Of a stretch of DNA of 64,000 nt, positions 39,630 to 51,000 are shown in pieces. The first letter of the stretch is position 1. Every line of letters begins with the position of its first letter. The DNA is taken from positions 128,001-192,000 of the forward strand of contig CAVRCI010000001.1 of NCBI GenBank assembly GCA_963719495.1, given 5' to 3'. This stretch comes from an uncultured Verrucomicrobiae bacterium. Its GTDB lineage: Bacteria; Verrucomicrobiota; Verrucomicrobiia; Chthoniobacterales; JAATET01. The notes below the pieces were generated by a model. The model saw only the letters and a list, made by a program, of their open reading frames with translations. It ran no database searches and had not been told where the DNA came from. Position numbers and translations under genes: made by a program.

Positions 39630-40838
39630 ATGGCAGACTTCTTTCAGACCGGCTCGATGGCCACCCTCCACCGCCTCGGCACGCCCGACCTCGAGCGCCT
39701 CGAGCGCGAACTCGCCGACTTCTCCGCCGAGCGACCCATCGCCCTCGTCCTCCCCTGTCACGTCAAGGAACTCGGCACCCCCGCCCTCCGCGACATCATC
39801 GCCATTCTCAAAGACGCCACCTACATCCACCAGATCGTCGTCGGCATCGACGGAGCCGACGCCAAGGATTGGAAGCGAGCCCGCAAAACCTTCGCCGCCC
39901 TTCCGCAGATCACCACCCTCCTCTGGAACGACGGTCCCCGCATCAAGAGCCTCATCGAGCGCCTCATCGCCTCCGACCTCGAACCCGGCCCCACCGGCAA
40001 AGGCCGAAATCTCTGGCTCTGCTTCGGCTACGTCCTCGCCAGCGACCGCGCCCGCGTCGTCGCCGTCCACGACTGCGACATCCTCACCTACGACCGCGCG
40101 CTTCTCGCCCGCCTCTGCTACCCCGTTGCCAACCCCACCCTCGGCTTCGACTTCTGCAAAGGCTACTCCGCCCGCTTCTCCCACAAGCTCAACGGCCGCG
40201 TCATGCGCCTCCTCGTCACCCCCCTCCTTCGCTCCCTCCAGAGCATCCTCGGCGAGCACCCCTTCCTCGTCTACATGGACACCTTCCGCTACCCCCTCGC
40301 CGGCGAAGTCTCCATGGACATCGACATCCTCCGCCGCACCCGCATTCCCGCCGACTGGGGCGTCGAGATCGGCATGCTCGCCGAAGTCTTCCGCGTCGTT
40401 TCACCGAAAGCCATCTGCCAGGTCGACCTCGCCGACCGCTACGACCACAAACACCAGGAAATCTCCGCCCGCGACGCCAGCAAGGGCCTCAACAAAATGG
40501 CCGTCGACATCGTCAAATGCGTCTTCCGCACCCTCGCCGGCCACGGCATCAAACTCGACCGCGGCCTCTTCGATACCCTCCTCTCCGCCTACGTCCGAAA
40601 AGCCGAGGACACCGTCCGCTTCTACGCCGCCGACGCCGCCATCAACGGCCTCGACTACGACCGCCACCAGGAAGAACTCGCCGTCGCCACCTTCGTCCGC
40701 AGCATCCGCGGAGCCAGCCAGGACTACCAGGACGACCCCCTGGGCGCCCCGTTGATCCCCAACTGGAACCGAGTCATCTCCGCCCTCCCCGACTTCTTCG
40801 AAACCTTCAACGAAGCCGTCAAAACCGACAACGCTTGA
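39630..40838 (+). CDS. gpgS: Glucosyl-3-phosphoglycerate synthase
   Basis: MADFFQ..ATLHRL, LLWNDGPRI, GKGRNLWLCFGY, VHDCDI, FCKGYSAR, RYPLAGE, DWGVEIG, YDHKHQ and IPNWNRV. Confidence 0.85.
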   Translation: MADFFQTGSMATLHRLGTPDLERLERELADFSAERPIALVLPCHVKELGTPALRDIIAILKDATYIHQIVVGIDGADAKDWKRARKTFAALPQITTLLWNDGPRIKSLIERLIASDLEPGPTGKGRNLWLCFGYVLASDRARVVAVHDCDILTYDRALLARLCYPVANPTLGFDFCKGYSARFSHKLNGRVMRLLVTPLLRSLQSILGEHPFLVYMDTFRYPLAGEVSMDIDILRRTRIPADWGVEIGMLAEVFRVVSPKAICQVDLADRYDHKHQEISARDASKGLNKMAVDIVKCVFRTLAGHGIKLDRGLFDTLLSAYVRKAEDTVRFYAADAAINGLDYDRHQEELAVATFVRSIRGASQDYQDDPLGAPLIPNWNRVISALPDFFETFNEAVKTDNA

Positions 40839-40897
40839 GTTCCAAGCCAAGCCAGCGACACTTAAGTCTTAATTCTCAAAACTGCAAACCTCACAAG

Positions 40898-41131
40898 ATG
40901 CTCAAAAGGCACACCCCATCCTTGGAAACCGTCTGGCAGCAATGGGAAAGCCGGAAACGCGCCCGCAAATGGCTAGCGTCCCGCCCCCAGCGCCCCGACC
41001 GCAAACCCACGCCCCCCAACAGCGAGCCGTGGCTGAAAGAACCACCGCAATCCGTGTCCGATCTCGTTCACATCTCCGACCGCGTAGCCGAAATCACCCA
41101 ATGGGTTCACCAACGGCTGAACAAATCCTAG
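40898..41131 (+). CDS. Small hypothetical protein, partner of the downstream nucleotidyltransferase
   Basis: 77-aa ORF overlapping the start of the NTase-like gene. Confidence 0.4.
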   Translation: MLKRHTPSLETVWQQWESRKRARKWLASRPQRPDRKPTPPNSEPWLKEPPQSVSDLVHISDRVAEITQWVHQRLNKS

Positions 41132-41790
41132 AGGGCATCGCCGCCACCCACCGGGTCATCATCCTCGGAGGCCTCGCCGTCATCGCGCACGGACATCCCC
41201 GAACGACCGACGACTCCGGCATCTGGCTCGATCCCAATCCCGGCATCGACGCGTGGTGTCAAACGATCCGCAAAGCCCTCCAGAGCATTCCAAATTATTA
41301 CCTCTTCGACATCGAATTTCAGGATTCAATCGACCCGGCCGACCTCGAATCCACGATCAACCGAATCGGCATGATCCGGATCGCCGGCCTCAACCGCTAC
41401 CTCGACATCTTTTACCAACCAAACCAACTGGAACCTGAGGACTTCGACGAGGCCTAGGAAAGTTCGTCCCTTCGGCTCGGCGAGACCAAGGTCCTCGACG
41501 AACCCTACCTCATCGCGACGAAGATCGGCACCCCGCGCAAACGAGACGTCGACGACATCCACTTCCTCGAAGGCCGCCTCCAAGAAACCCTCGCCCCCCG
41601 CCTCAAAGTCTGCGACCTCCCCGAAGCCGAGCGAGCCTTCACCCGCTACGCCGACCACGTCACCTGCCTGGCCGCCATGGAAAACCCAACCAAATCCATC
41701 CGCTACCTAGGACTTCAAGTCCTCCAAGAGCTAGCCGCCGAAAACAACCCCTTCGCCCAAGAAGCTCTAACCAACCTCAAGACCGAATAA
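41101..41790 (+). pseudogene. Nucleotidyltransferase-like gene interrupted by in-frame TAG
   Basis: ILGGLAVIAHGHPRTTDD NTase signature. TAG at 41455-41457 (DEA*, probably W), after which the frame continues LIATKIGTPRKRDVDDIHFL to TAA at 41790. Confidence 0.8.
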
Positions 41791-41803
41791 GGGCGCAGCC
41801 CCT

Positions 41804-41827
41804 GGAGGGCGAGGCTCCCGCCGAGCC
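41804..41827. repeat. REP-like GGAGGGCGAGGCTCCCGCCGAGCC
   Basis: Identical 24-mer at 1459-1482. Confidence 0.85.
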
Positions 41828-42066
41828 ACCTCGGCACCAAACCCCGCCCAATCCCACCACCCCCCGCCGAATCGGCAAAGGTGGGGAACGCACGCCTCCC
41901 GGCGTGCGAGATGCACCGTCCCGGTGCATCCCATCGGCAAATCGAGCAGAGCGAGAGAGCCGCATCGAACAATTCTCGCCCCCGCCGCGCCGAATTGCCT
42001 ACCCTCCGTCCGCAACAATCCTGAAAATCACGTAAATCCTGTCCAAAAACTCAGGAAAACGCCGCC

Positions 42067-45000
42067 ATGCCTAAAGACACCACCATCCAGAAGATCCTCC
42101 TCATCGGCTCCGGCCCCATCGTCATCGGTCAGGGCTGCGAATTCGACTACTCCGGCGTCCAAGCCTGCAAAGCCCTCAAGGAAGAAGGCTACACCGTCAT
42201 CCTGGTCAACTCGAACCCGGCTACGATCATGACCGATCCCGAGTTCGCCGACCGCACCTACATCGAGCCCATCACCCCCGCCATCGTCGAAAAAATCATG
42301 GAGCGCGAGAAGCCCGACGCCCTCCTCCCCACCCTCGGCGGCCAGACCGCGCTCAACTGCGCCATGGACCTCTTCCACAACGGAGCCCTCGAACGCCACG
42401 GCGTCAAAATGATCGGAGCCAACGCCGAAGCCATCCGTCGCGGCGAAGACCGCCAGCTCTTCAAGGACATCATGGTCGAGATCGGCCTCGACATCCCCGT
42501 CTCCGGGACCGCCCACACCATGGAACGCGCCTGGGTCGTCGCCGAAGAAATCGGCCGCTACCCCCTCATCATCCGCCCCGCCTACACCCTCGGCGGCTCC
42601 GGCGGCGGCATCGCCTACAACCGCGACGAATTCGAATCCATCGTCCGCCACGGCCTCGACCTCTCCCCCACCACCGAGGTCCTCATCGAAGAATCCCTCC
42701 TCGGCTGGAAAGAGTTCGAAATGGAAGTCATCCGCGACCGCGCCGACAACTGCGTCGTCATCTGCTCCATCGAAAACTTTGATCCCATGGGCATCCACAC
42801 CGGCGACTCCATCACCGTCGCCCCCATCCAGACCCTCACCGACAAGGAATACCAGGCCATGCGCGACGCCAGTTTCCTGATCATCCGCGCCATCGGCGTC
42901 GAGACCGGCGGATCCAACATCCAGTTCAGCGTCGACCCGAAAACTGGCCGCATGATCGTCATCGAAATGAACCCCCGCGTCTCGCGCAGTTCCGCCCTCG
43001 CGTCCAAGGCCACCGGATTCCCCATCGCGAAAATCGCCGCCAAGCTCGCCGTCGGCTACACCCTGGACGAACTCCAAAACGACATCACGCGCGAAACCCC
43101 CGCCTGCTTCGAGCCCACCATCGACTACGTCGTCACGAAAATCCCCCGCTTCACCTTCGAGAAATTCCCCCGCGCCGACGCCACCCTCACCACGCAGATG
43201 AAAAGCGTCGGCGAAGCCATGGCCATCGGCCGCACCTTCAAGGAGAGTTTTCAAAAAGCCATCCGCTCCCTCGAGATCGGCCGCTTCGGCTTCGGTGCCG
43301 ACGGCAAAGACAAGCCCATCGACCCCGAAGAGCTCGACCGCCTGCTAAGAGTCCCCACGGTCGACCGAATCTTCGCCATCCAAGCCGCGTTTAGCGCGGG
43401 CTACACGGTCGACCAGGTTCACAACCTGTCCAAGATCGACCCCTGGTTCCTCCACAACCTGAAGGAGATTTCGGATTTCGGATCTCGGATTTCGGATTTG
43501 AATTCTCTCAGCTCACCCAATCCGCAATCCGCAATCCGCAATCCGCAATCGCTTTTGCGTCGCGCCAAGAAGCTCGGCTACTCCGATCGCCAACTAGCCA
43601 CACTCACGGGAGAATCCGAAGCGACCGTTCGTGAGCGACGTAAAAGCCTCGGCGTCATCCCCACCTACCGCTTGGTCGACACCTGCGCCGCCGAGTTCGA
43701 AGCCTACACCCCCTACTTCTACAGCACCTACGGCGACGAAAATGAAATCCGCCCGAGCGAAAAGAAAAAGGTCATGATCCTCGGCGGCGGCCCCAACCGC
43801 ATCGGTCAAGGCATCGAATTCGACTACTGCTGCGTCCACGCCGCCTTCGCGCTCAAGGAAGAAGGTTGGGAAACCATCATGGTCAACAGCAACCCCGAAA
43901 CGGTCTCCACCGACTACGACACCAGCGACAAACTCTTCTTCGAACCCCTCACCCTCGAAGACGTCCTCAACATCTACGAAGCCGAAAAGTGCGACGCCGC
44001 CATCGTCCAATTCGGAGGCCAGACCCCGCTCAACCTCGCCGCCGACCTCCAAGCCAACGGCTGCACCATCATCGGCACCCAACCCGCAAGCATCGAAAAA
44101 GCGGAAGACCGAAAGTTTTTCGCCGCCATGTTGGACAAACTGGGTCTCCAACAAACCCAAGGCGCCACCGCCACCACCGAAGACGAAGCCGTCAAGATCG
44201 CCACCGAAATCGGCTACCCCGTCCTAGTCCGCCCAAGTTTCGTCCTAGGCGGCCGAGCCATGGAAATCGTCTACGGCGAACAGGACCTCCGCCGCTACAT
44301 CGCCAACGCAATAGCGAGCGAAATGAACATCAGGGGGAGCGCGCCCGTCCCGGGTGCGAGTTCCGGCGTCCCCGCCGGAACCACGGCGGAGCCGTCAAAC
44401 GGGGGCGAGGGCGTCCCGCCCTCCACGACAGCCAACCCGGCAAAGCCGGCACTTTCCTCCTCCCGCCCAATCCTCATCGACCGCTTCCTCGAAGACGCCA
44501 CCGAAATCGACGTCGACTGCATAACGGACGGCATCGACTGCGTCATCGGCGGAGTCATGGAGCACATCGAGCAAGCCGGCATTCACTCCGGCGACTCAGC
44601 CTGCGTCATCCCATCATTCTCCCTTTCCTCCAAGATCCTCACCGAGATCAAAGAAGCCACCAAGTCGATGGCCAAAGAACTCCAAGTCCGCGGCCTCATG
44701 AACGTCCAGTTCGCCGTCAAAGACGAGCAACTCTACGTCATCGAAGTCAACCCGAGAGCCAGCCGCACCGCCCCGTTCGTGAGCAAAGCCATCGGCGTCC
44801 CCCTCCCCAAGCTCGCCGCCAAGATCATGGCCGGCAAGACCCTAAAGGAACTCGGCTTCCTCGAAGAAATCATCCCGCCGCACTTCAGTGTAAAGGAAGC
44901 CGTCTTCCCCTTCATCAAATTCCCCGGCACCGACATCACCCTCGGACCGGAAATGCGATCCACCGGCGAAGTCATGGGCATCGACGCCGACTTCGGCCTC

Positions 45001-45441
45001 GCCTACGCGAAAGCCCAGATGTCCGCCCAACCCGCCCTCCCCGAGAGCGGCAACGTCTTCCTCAGCGTCCGCGACAGCGACAAACCCGCCATCGTCCCGG
45101 TGGCCAAGGAATTCATTAGCCTAGGCTTCACCATCTACGCCACCGCCGGCACGGCAACGGCCCTCAACGGGGCCGGAGTGCCGACGAGCCCAATCTACCG
45201 CCTCAGCGAAGGCCGCCCGAACGTGTTGGACATGATCAAAAACGGCGACCTCCAATTCATCATCAATACGCCCAGCGGCCAGCAGCCCCGCCTGGACGAG
45301 ATCAAAATCCGCAGCGCCGCCACCGCTGCCCGCATCGCCACCATGACCACCGTAAGAGGAGCCCAAGCCTCGGTCGCCGCCATCCGTTCGCTCAAAGAGA
45401 AGCAACTCGAAGTGAAGAGCCTCCAGGAATACCACGCGTAG
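42067..45441 (+). CDS. carB: Carbamoyl-phosphate synthase large subunit with two repeat-derived segments
   Basis: [69 protein letters not shown] and a C-terminal MGS domain. Confidence 0.98.
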   Translation: MPKDTTIQKILLIGSGPIVIGQGCEFDYSGVQACKALKEEGYTVILVNSNPATIMTDPEFADRTYIEPITPAIVEKIMEREKPDALLPTLGGQTALNCAMDLFHNGALERHGVKMIGANAEAIRRGEDRQLFKDIMVEIGLDIPVSGTAHTMERAWVVAEEIGRYPLIIRPAYTLGGSGGGIAYNRDEFESIVRHGLDLSPTTEVLIEESLLGWKEFEMEVIRDRADNCVVICSIENFDPMGIHTGDSITVAPIQTLTDKEYQAMRDASFLIIRAIGVETGGSNIQFSVDPKTGRMIVIEMNPRVSRSSALASKATGFPIAKIAAKLAVGYTLDELQNDITRETPACFEPTIDYVVTKIPRFTFEKFPRADATLTTQMKSVGEAMAIGRTFKESFQKAIRSLEIGRFGFGADGKDKPIDPEELDRLLRVPTVDRIFAIQAAFSAGYTVDQVHNLSKIDPWFLHNLKEISDFGSRISDLNSLSSPNPQSAIRNPQSLLRRAKKLGYSDRQLATLTGESEATVRERRKSLGVIPTYRLVDTCAAEFEAYTPYFYSTYGDENEIRPSEKKKVMILGGGPNRIGQGIEFDYCCVHAAFALKEEGWETIMVNSNPETVSTDYDTSDKLFFEPLTLEDVLNIYEAEKCDAAIVQFGGQTPLNLAADLQANGCTIIGTQPASIEKAEDRKFFAAMLDKLGLQQTQGATATTEDEAVKIATEIGYPVLVRPSFVLGGRAMEIVYGEQDLRRYIANAIASEMNIRGSAPVPGASSGVPAGTTAEPSNGGEGVPPSTTANPAKPALSSSRPILIDRFLEDATEIDVDCITDGIDCVIGGVMEHIEQAGIHSGDSACVIPSFSLSSKILTEIKEATKSMAKELQVRGLMNVQFAVKDEQLYVIEVNPRASRTAPFVSKAIGVPLPKLAAKIMAGKTLKELGFLEEIIPPHFSVKEAVFPFIKFPGTDITLGPEMRSTGEVMGIDADFGLAYAKAQMSAQPALPESGNVFLSVRDSDKPAIVPVAKEFISLGFTIYATAGTATALNGAGVPTSPIYRLSEGRPNVLDMIKNGDLQFIINTPSGQQPRLDEIKIRSAATAARIATMTTVRGAQASVAAIRSLKEKQLEVKSLQEYHA

Positions 45442-45514
45442 GGAAAAGACAAATGCAGGGCCTCGCGCAAAGCCACCAAGCCGCGAAGAATACAGGAATC
45501 AATCCAAACGCCTC

Positions 45515-45735
45515 ATGTTGAGAACTACGAACGCGCAAGCGAGTCAAAAACCCGGGGATGACTCGATCAACGGCAACGAAGCCCATTCTTCCAAATCTTT
45601 GCGACCTTTGCGGCCTTCTGTTCAAAGCCGCATTTGTATCCGCATTCCTCTTTGTTCTCTTCGTTCCCTTTTGTTCAAAACAGCCCATGTCATCGGAAGC
45701 AAAGCGAAACACCTCCGGCTTTTCAGGACTGACAT
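45515..45735. repeat. Composite intergenic repeat, copy 2
   Basis: Colinear with 7749-7960. Confidence 0.85.
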
Positions 45736-45841
45736 GACCGCTGCCCAAGAACGAGACGTCCACATTCAGAACCGGCCCCGACAAAAACCTCGGAATCACT
45801 CTCTGAATTTCCGCGCCCCTGCGTGAGAAAATCAGGCCACC

Positions 45842-46377
45842 ATGCTCTCTGAACTCGATATCGTCCGCGACGTCTCCACGAAGCTAAGCGCGACCGGTAT
45901 TGAATAAATGCTCACCAGCTCGATGGCGATGAACTACTACGCCGAGCCGCGCATGACCCGGGACATCGACATCGTCGTCGCGCTCGTCCCGTCAAACGCG
46001 ACGACCATCGTCCGCTTGTTCGATCCGGACTACTACGTCTCGCCCGACGCCGTCGCCGAATCCATTCGCGACGAGTGGATGTTCAATCTGATCCACAACG
46101 AGAGCGTCATCAAAGTGGACTGCATCGTCCGGAAATCGACACCCTACCGCCGCGAAGAATTCCAACGACGCCGACAAATCACCGCCACCGACTTCTAAAC
46201 GTGGATCGTCAGCAAAGAGGACCTCAATCCTCTTTAAACTCGCGTGGGCTAAAGATTCGAAATCCGACCGCCGGCTTCAGGATGTCCGAAACCTCATCGC
46301 CAGCGGATACGATGACTCAATCACCAAACGCTGGGCGCAACCGCTCGGTGTCGATAGCCTTTGGCGATCATGCCTGA
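45842..46377 (+). pseudogene. Decayed nucleotidyltransferase-like gene
   Basis: MLSELDIVRDVSTKLSATGIE*MLTSSMAMNYYAEPRMTRDIDIVV; stops at 45905 and 46196, plus an apparent frameshift after SKEDL. Confidence 0.8.
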
Positions 46378-46627
46378 GCTGAGCGACACCCCGCCCGAGA
46401 TCGCCGCCATGGTCCGCGAGCGACTGATGGCCCGCTCCGGAGCCGAGAGGTTCGAAATGGGCTCCCGAATGTTCGACGCCGCCCGTCAGATGGTCCTCGC
46501 GTCGTTTCCGACGGACATATCCGAGGAACGCCGTCGCCAACTCCTCTTCGGGCGCATCCACGGGAAGTCATTGGCCTCGACGCAAGTTCCCGGCAGCCAC
46601 CCATACCAGCCAAATGTGTCAATATGA
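46370..46627 (+). CDS. Small hypothetical partner protein of the NTase module
   Basis: SDTPPEIAAMVRERLMARSGAERFEMGSRMFDAARQMV; the 3' end runs into the repeat at 46612. Confidence 0.6.
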   Translation: MPELSDTPPEIAAMVRERLMARSGAERFEMGSRMFDAARQMVLASFPTDISEERRRQLLFGRIHGKSLASTQVPGSHPYQPNVSI

Positions 46628-46641
46628 ATGACCGACCCCTT
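46612..46641 (-). repeat. GGGGTC-type element end (family B)
   Basis: aaatgtgtcaatatgaatgaccgacccctt; positions 46613-46641 are the exact reverse complement of 52324-52352. Confidence 0.92.
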
Positions 46642-47609
46642 TCCGTGCCGCTGGGCATGTTCAGCGAAAGAGACCGCTTCCAGGACGGGACCGCGTCCTC
46701 GACCGAAGTGAACCGCAGGACGCCGCTCGTGGTAAAGTCGCCCCGTTGCACTTGGCCGCTCAAACCAACGTGAGCAACGCTCCCGGTCTCCCCGGAGAGC
46801 TCGATCACCCTTGCCTCCACCCGGGGGGCAACGAGCGAACCTCCGCCGAGCGCGAAACTGGCAGAGCCGATCACCGTGACGTTCTCGCCGAGCGTGACCT
46901 GCGCCCGGCCGTTTCGACCCAGATCGACGGAGAAGTCCCCGGTCTGGATCGCGCCATCCACCCGGACCTTCGAATCACCATCGGCCCGGATCCCGACCGA
47001 ACCGAGCGAGAACCAGCTAGACTCTGGCTCGTCGACAAAACTCACGAGCGAGCCCGCGAGCTGAACGTTGCTGGGACCGCCGCCCCGGAAGTCGAGGTCG
47101 ATCGTGGGCGACCGGATGTTGCCCGTGACCGCCATCGATGATCGTGCGTTCAGTCGCACGGCGAATGGGGACGAGAGGTCGCCACTCAAGCGGACGGGGC
47201 CGTCGGTCGAGATCTCGAGCCCATCGCCCGAGATGGAGGCCTTGAAGTCGAGGCCTCCTTCGTCTCGGTGGCCCAACTCGACGAATCCCCCCGGGGCAAT
47301 CTGTAGTTCCGTTCCCCGTCGACCGAACTCGAGGACATTCTGCTGACTGTAGACCGCCAGCGAACGAAGCGTCAAAGCGGCGGGGAGATCGATCACGGGC
47401 CGAGGCTCGTGCCGCGACGGAAAAACCCCGACGAAGGCGTCGGCGGTCGGGCCGTTCGGGACGGGGCCAAACCATTTCGCTGGCTCGTTCCACTCTCCCC
47501 CGCCGGAGGGCCGCCACGTCGAGTTCTGGGCGTAGGCGCCGATGGAGCCGACCAGTGCGACGACGAAAAAAACAACGTGACGCAAACTTCGGGAACGGAT
47601 GATCGGCAT
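46642..47609 (-). pseudogene. Secreted beta-rich (autotransporter-passenger-like) protein truncated at an element end
   Basis: Signal peptide, then TWRPSGGGEWNEPAKWFGPVPNG and Gly-rich beta strands. The frame runs into the repeat (ERGRSFILTH) and has no sorting domain. Confidence 0.6.
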
Positions 47610-47769
47610 ATCTTGGAAGCAACCCCGTGGTCTCACACGAGACCCTTCGATGCAACCCAAATCGCGTCCGAAGTCGGAATCGCGACCGAAGATTGGCCCC
47701 GCGCCCGCGCGCGGCTTCACACCGAGGTCAGGCGGCGACCTTGGCTGGAGGTGGTGATCCTACCCAACA

Positions 47770-47997
47770 GGAGGGGTCGAGGAGGGGTCGGTCATTCATA
47801 TGGGCAAGGAGGGGTCGGTCATTCATATGGGCATATCGAGAGGCTATATCTGTGATCCATTGCGAGGCAAATGTGTCAATATGAATGATCGACCCCTTCC
47901 GACGACGTCACACCAATTATCGAAAATGTGTCAATGTGAAGGACCGACCCTTTTGACGCCATTCATGATCGACCCCTTCCCTGACCGACCCCTCCCC
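47770..47997. mobile_element. Non-autonomous MITE-like element cluster with family-B inverted ends
   Basis: Left ends GGGGTCGGTCATTCATAT at 47784 and 47811 (27-bp tandem) plus a stub at 47773; right ends at 47869-47898, 47923-47952 and 47961-47997. Confidence 0.8.
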
Positions 47998-48096
47998 GAG
48001 CCCTTCCCCCTTCACACCGGGGAGAGATGGGAAGTCGTGAGAATCGATGCGCCGATGCCTTGACGGTATGAGAAGACTTCGATCAAATCAGTTTCG

Positions 48097-51000
48097 GTGA
48101 AAATTATCGCTCGAGGACATGAGGCGCTTACAAATCTTTCTTGGAAGCGAAAAAGTTCCCATAAAAATCAGAGCAGTTTGGGAATCCTATCGACTTCTTC
48201 GTGCAGGTGTTGGGTTTTCGCGCTGGTGTTCGCTCTGGTTGGAGTAAGTCCTGAAACCGGACTGGGGGAGGCTAAGACCGTTTCCGCAGGATATGGGCAG
48301 TCGCACTCTCTGTTCATCAAAGCTGATGGGACTCTCTGGGGGATGGGATCTAATGGGCGCGGTCAACTCGGTATCGAATCCGCTGCCGATCAGCATTCTC
48401 CTATTCTGATATCAGAAAATGTTTCGGCAGTTTCTGCCGGACATTATTACACCTGCTTTATCAAAACCGATGGAACGCTTTGGGGATGCGGAGCGAATGA
48501 ATCCGGTCAGCTGGGAGATGGCACTTTGGAGGATAGGTTAGTGCCGGTATTGGTCGCGACCGATGTGGTGTGTGTGGAGACACTTGAATTCAACACATTC
48601 TTCATCAAATCTGATGGCACCCTGTGGGCTCATGGCAGAAATTCCTATGGAGAGTTGGGTGACGGAGCATCGAGTAATCAATCAACTCCAATCCTCATTG
48701 CGTCTGATGTGCTGTCTGTCGCCCAGGGAGGGAATAGCTTTTACGGTCCTTACGTCCTATTTATCAAATCTGACTCCACGCTCTGGATGATGGGAGCCAG
48801 CTTTTTTCCGGGTCAGTTTGGAGACGGTTCAATGCGACAAAGGCCCGAGTTGGTGACAATTGATGTTAAATCTGTTTCGGCAGGGGGCGAGCACTCGGCA
48901 ATTTTGAAGACTGACGGCTCGCTTTGGACGGTGGGTGCAAACTATTATGGTCAGCTCGGGGATGGGACGTTGACTCGCCGGACATCGCCTACGCTCATAG
49001 CGACTGGCGTAGCGTCTGTCTCAGCCGGAGGATTGGTAACGTTTTTTGTTAAGAATGATGGGACGCTCTGGGCGGCAGGACCTTATGACGTAGAAAATAC
49101 GCTGGATTTTTATTATGGCAGTCTGGAACCCAATCCCAACTTGCGGATGGTAGCGTCGGATGTCTTATCCGTCAGCGCAAGAGATCCGTATTTCTTCATC
49201 AAAACCGACGGACGATTGTTCGGTATGGGCCATAACTGGCGTGGCAAACTTGGAGACGGCACGACCACTTTTCGATCGACTCCGGTCCTCATTACCGGAA
49301 GTGTTTTAACTAACTCGCGCCGTGCCACCGTCGCGAGCGTAACGCCCAATCCTGCCCCGCTTCAAAACGCCAAACAACTCGTCACCATCACCGGCAGCGG
49401 CTTCGAGCCGGATTGCGGCGTCACTCTCCGCGACCATCGCGCGGGAATTGTGTATCCGAACCGGACGAAGATTTCGCAGACCGGGGACACGGAGATTGTT
49501 CTGAATCCGAACTTCGGCGCGATCCCCGCGCAGTGGAGTGTCGAGGTGATCAATCCGGACGGGCAATCTTCGGGCGTCCACCGCTTTCAGGTTGGTCAGC
49601 CGGTTGTTCCCGGCGACACCATCCAATCGTTTCAGATTGTTGCGGCTGACGCCGCCTCGTCGGCGGTCGGCACGGGGGATTTCAAGCTGGCGACCACGTC
49701 CGCCTCGGCATCGAGTCTGCCGTCGAGGGTCTTTCGAGCCATCGCGACATTCTTCGATGGGTCCATCGCCGATCTCACCAACAGTTCGAGCTGGAGAGTG
49801 ACGGGGGATAGCCGGGCAAGCGTGGATCATGGGACGGTGAGTCTGGGGCCGGGCGCATATGCGACTTCTCTGAACTTGTCGGCGAGTTTTCAGGGAAGTG
49901 ATGGCGGACTGTATGCGACCCGGGAGGTGACGGTGGTCCCGCCGTTCGTCGTCGGAATCTCCTCGGAGATTGGCGAATTTATTCAGACGAACGTGACGTT
50001 TTACGCCACATCGCCCGGCGTGAGCGGGTCGGCCGTGTCGCATGCTTGGACCCGCGATGGGGTTGTCCAGTTTGGCAGTTCCGACTCCATCAACTTGAAT
50101 CTGACAACCGGTCGGGAATATCTGATTGGAGTCACGGCAGCCGACCGGGATGGGCGTGAGGACAGCGACTACATCTATTTCTCGCTGAACCGCACGGCGT
50201 TGCTCGAGCCGACCACCAGCCTCGCGGTCAACCCGAAAGAGGGATCGCTTTTGGACTCCAACGAGTCTGTTGCGCTATTTAACAGCACCGCGAAGAAGGC
50301 GCGCGGTGTGGCTGTGATCATCCATGGACTGACCGATACGGCGTTCACCCAAATTCCCAATGAGTTGGCTTGGCCGGCGCGGATGGCGAAAGCCATCGAG
50401 GCGCGACTGAGCGGCTCGGTTCCCTACGTCGTGATGTATGACTGGAGCAATATGGCGAATCCGAACCGTTTCCGAGGGGGGGACCGGGGTTTCGGCATAC
50501 TTCCTGATACGGTGGGAGGCTATCTCGACAACATCCTGTCAATCCGAGCCTACGGTCTTGCCCAGGGAAAGGTGCTCGCTGATTTGCTGATCGACGCCGC
50601 CGAGGAGGGTCAACTCGACCGGACAAAGCCGGTGCATTTGATCGGTCACAGCGCGGGCGGCTTCGTAGCAGGCGAATGTGGATTGGGTCTGAAGAGAGCG
50701 GGTTTCAGCAAAGTGCAGGTGACGATGCTGGATACGCCAGCGGCGGACGAAAAGCCGTTTCGGAGTCGAGGGTCCGGGTTTCGTTTGGAACGCTACATCG
50801 CCTGTCAGTTCAGCGGGGCTCCCCCGAATTACCCGCCGACGTTGTATCGCACGATTGGGGCAAACAAACTAGAAGTTTGGAACCGCGATTTTGAGAGCTA
50901 TCGGCGCGATATTTCGAACTCGAGTGGGAATTCGACTCCCGCGTTTGCACAATATTCGCTCGATTTGAAGCTCGCGCCGGATTCCTTCTACCATCGCTAC

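Noticed and set aside
38055..40838. 927-aa GpgS and other long overlapping ORFs (e.g. 10474-12216, 30190-32370, 34551-36548, 57780-59444)
   Set aside because: Stop-poor shadow frames expected from high GC and strong skew; they have low-complexity translations and no motifs outside the called genes.
41455..41457. Pyrrolysine or programmed TAG read-through
   Set aside because: No pyl genes are in view; a TGG-to-TAG mutation in an accessory gene is simpler, and a similar module nearby is also decayed.
48280..49300. Diversity-generating retroelement or DNA repeat array in the RCC1 region
   Set aside because: The repeats are diverged protein-level RCC1 blades; no reverse transcriptase or adenine-specific TR/VR pair was seen.
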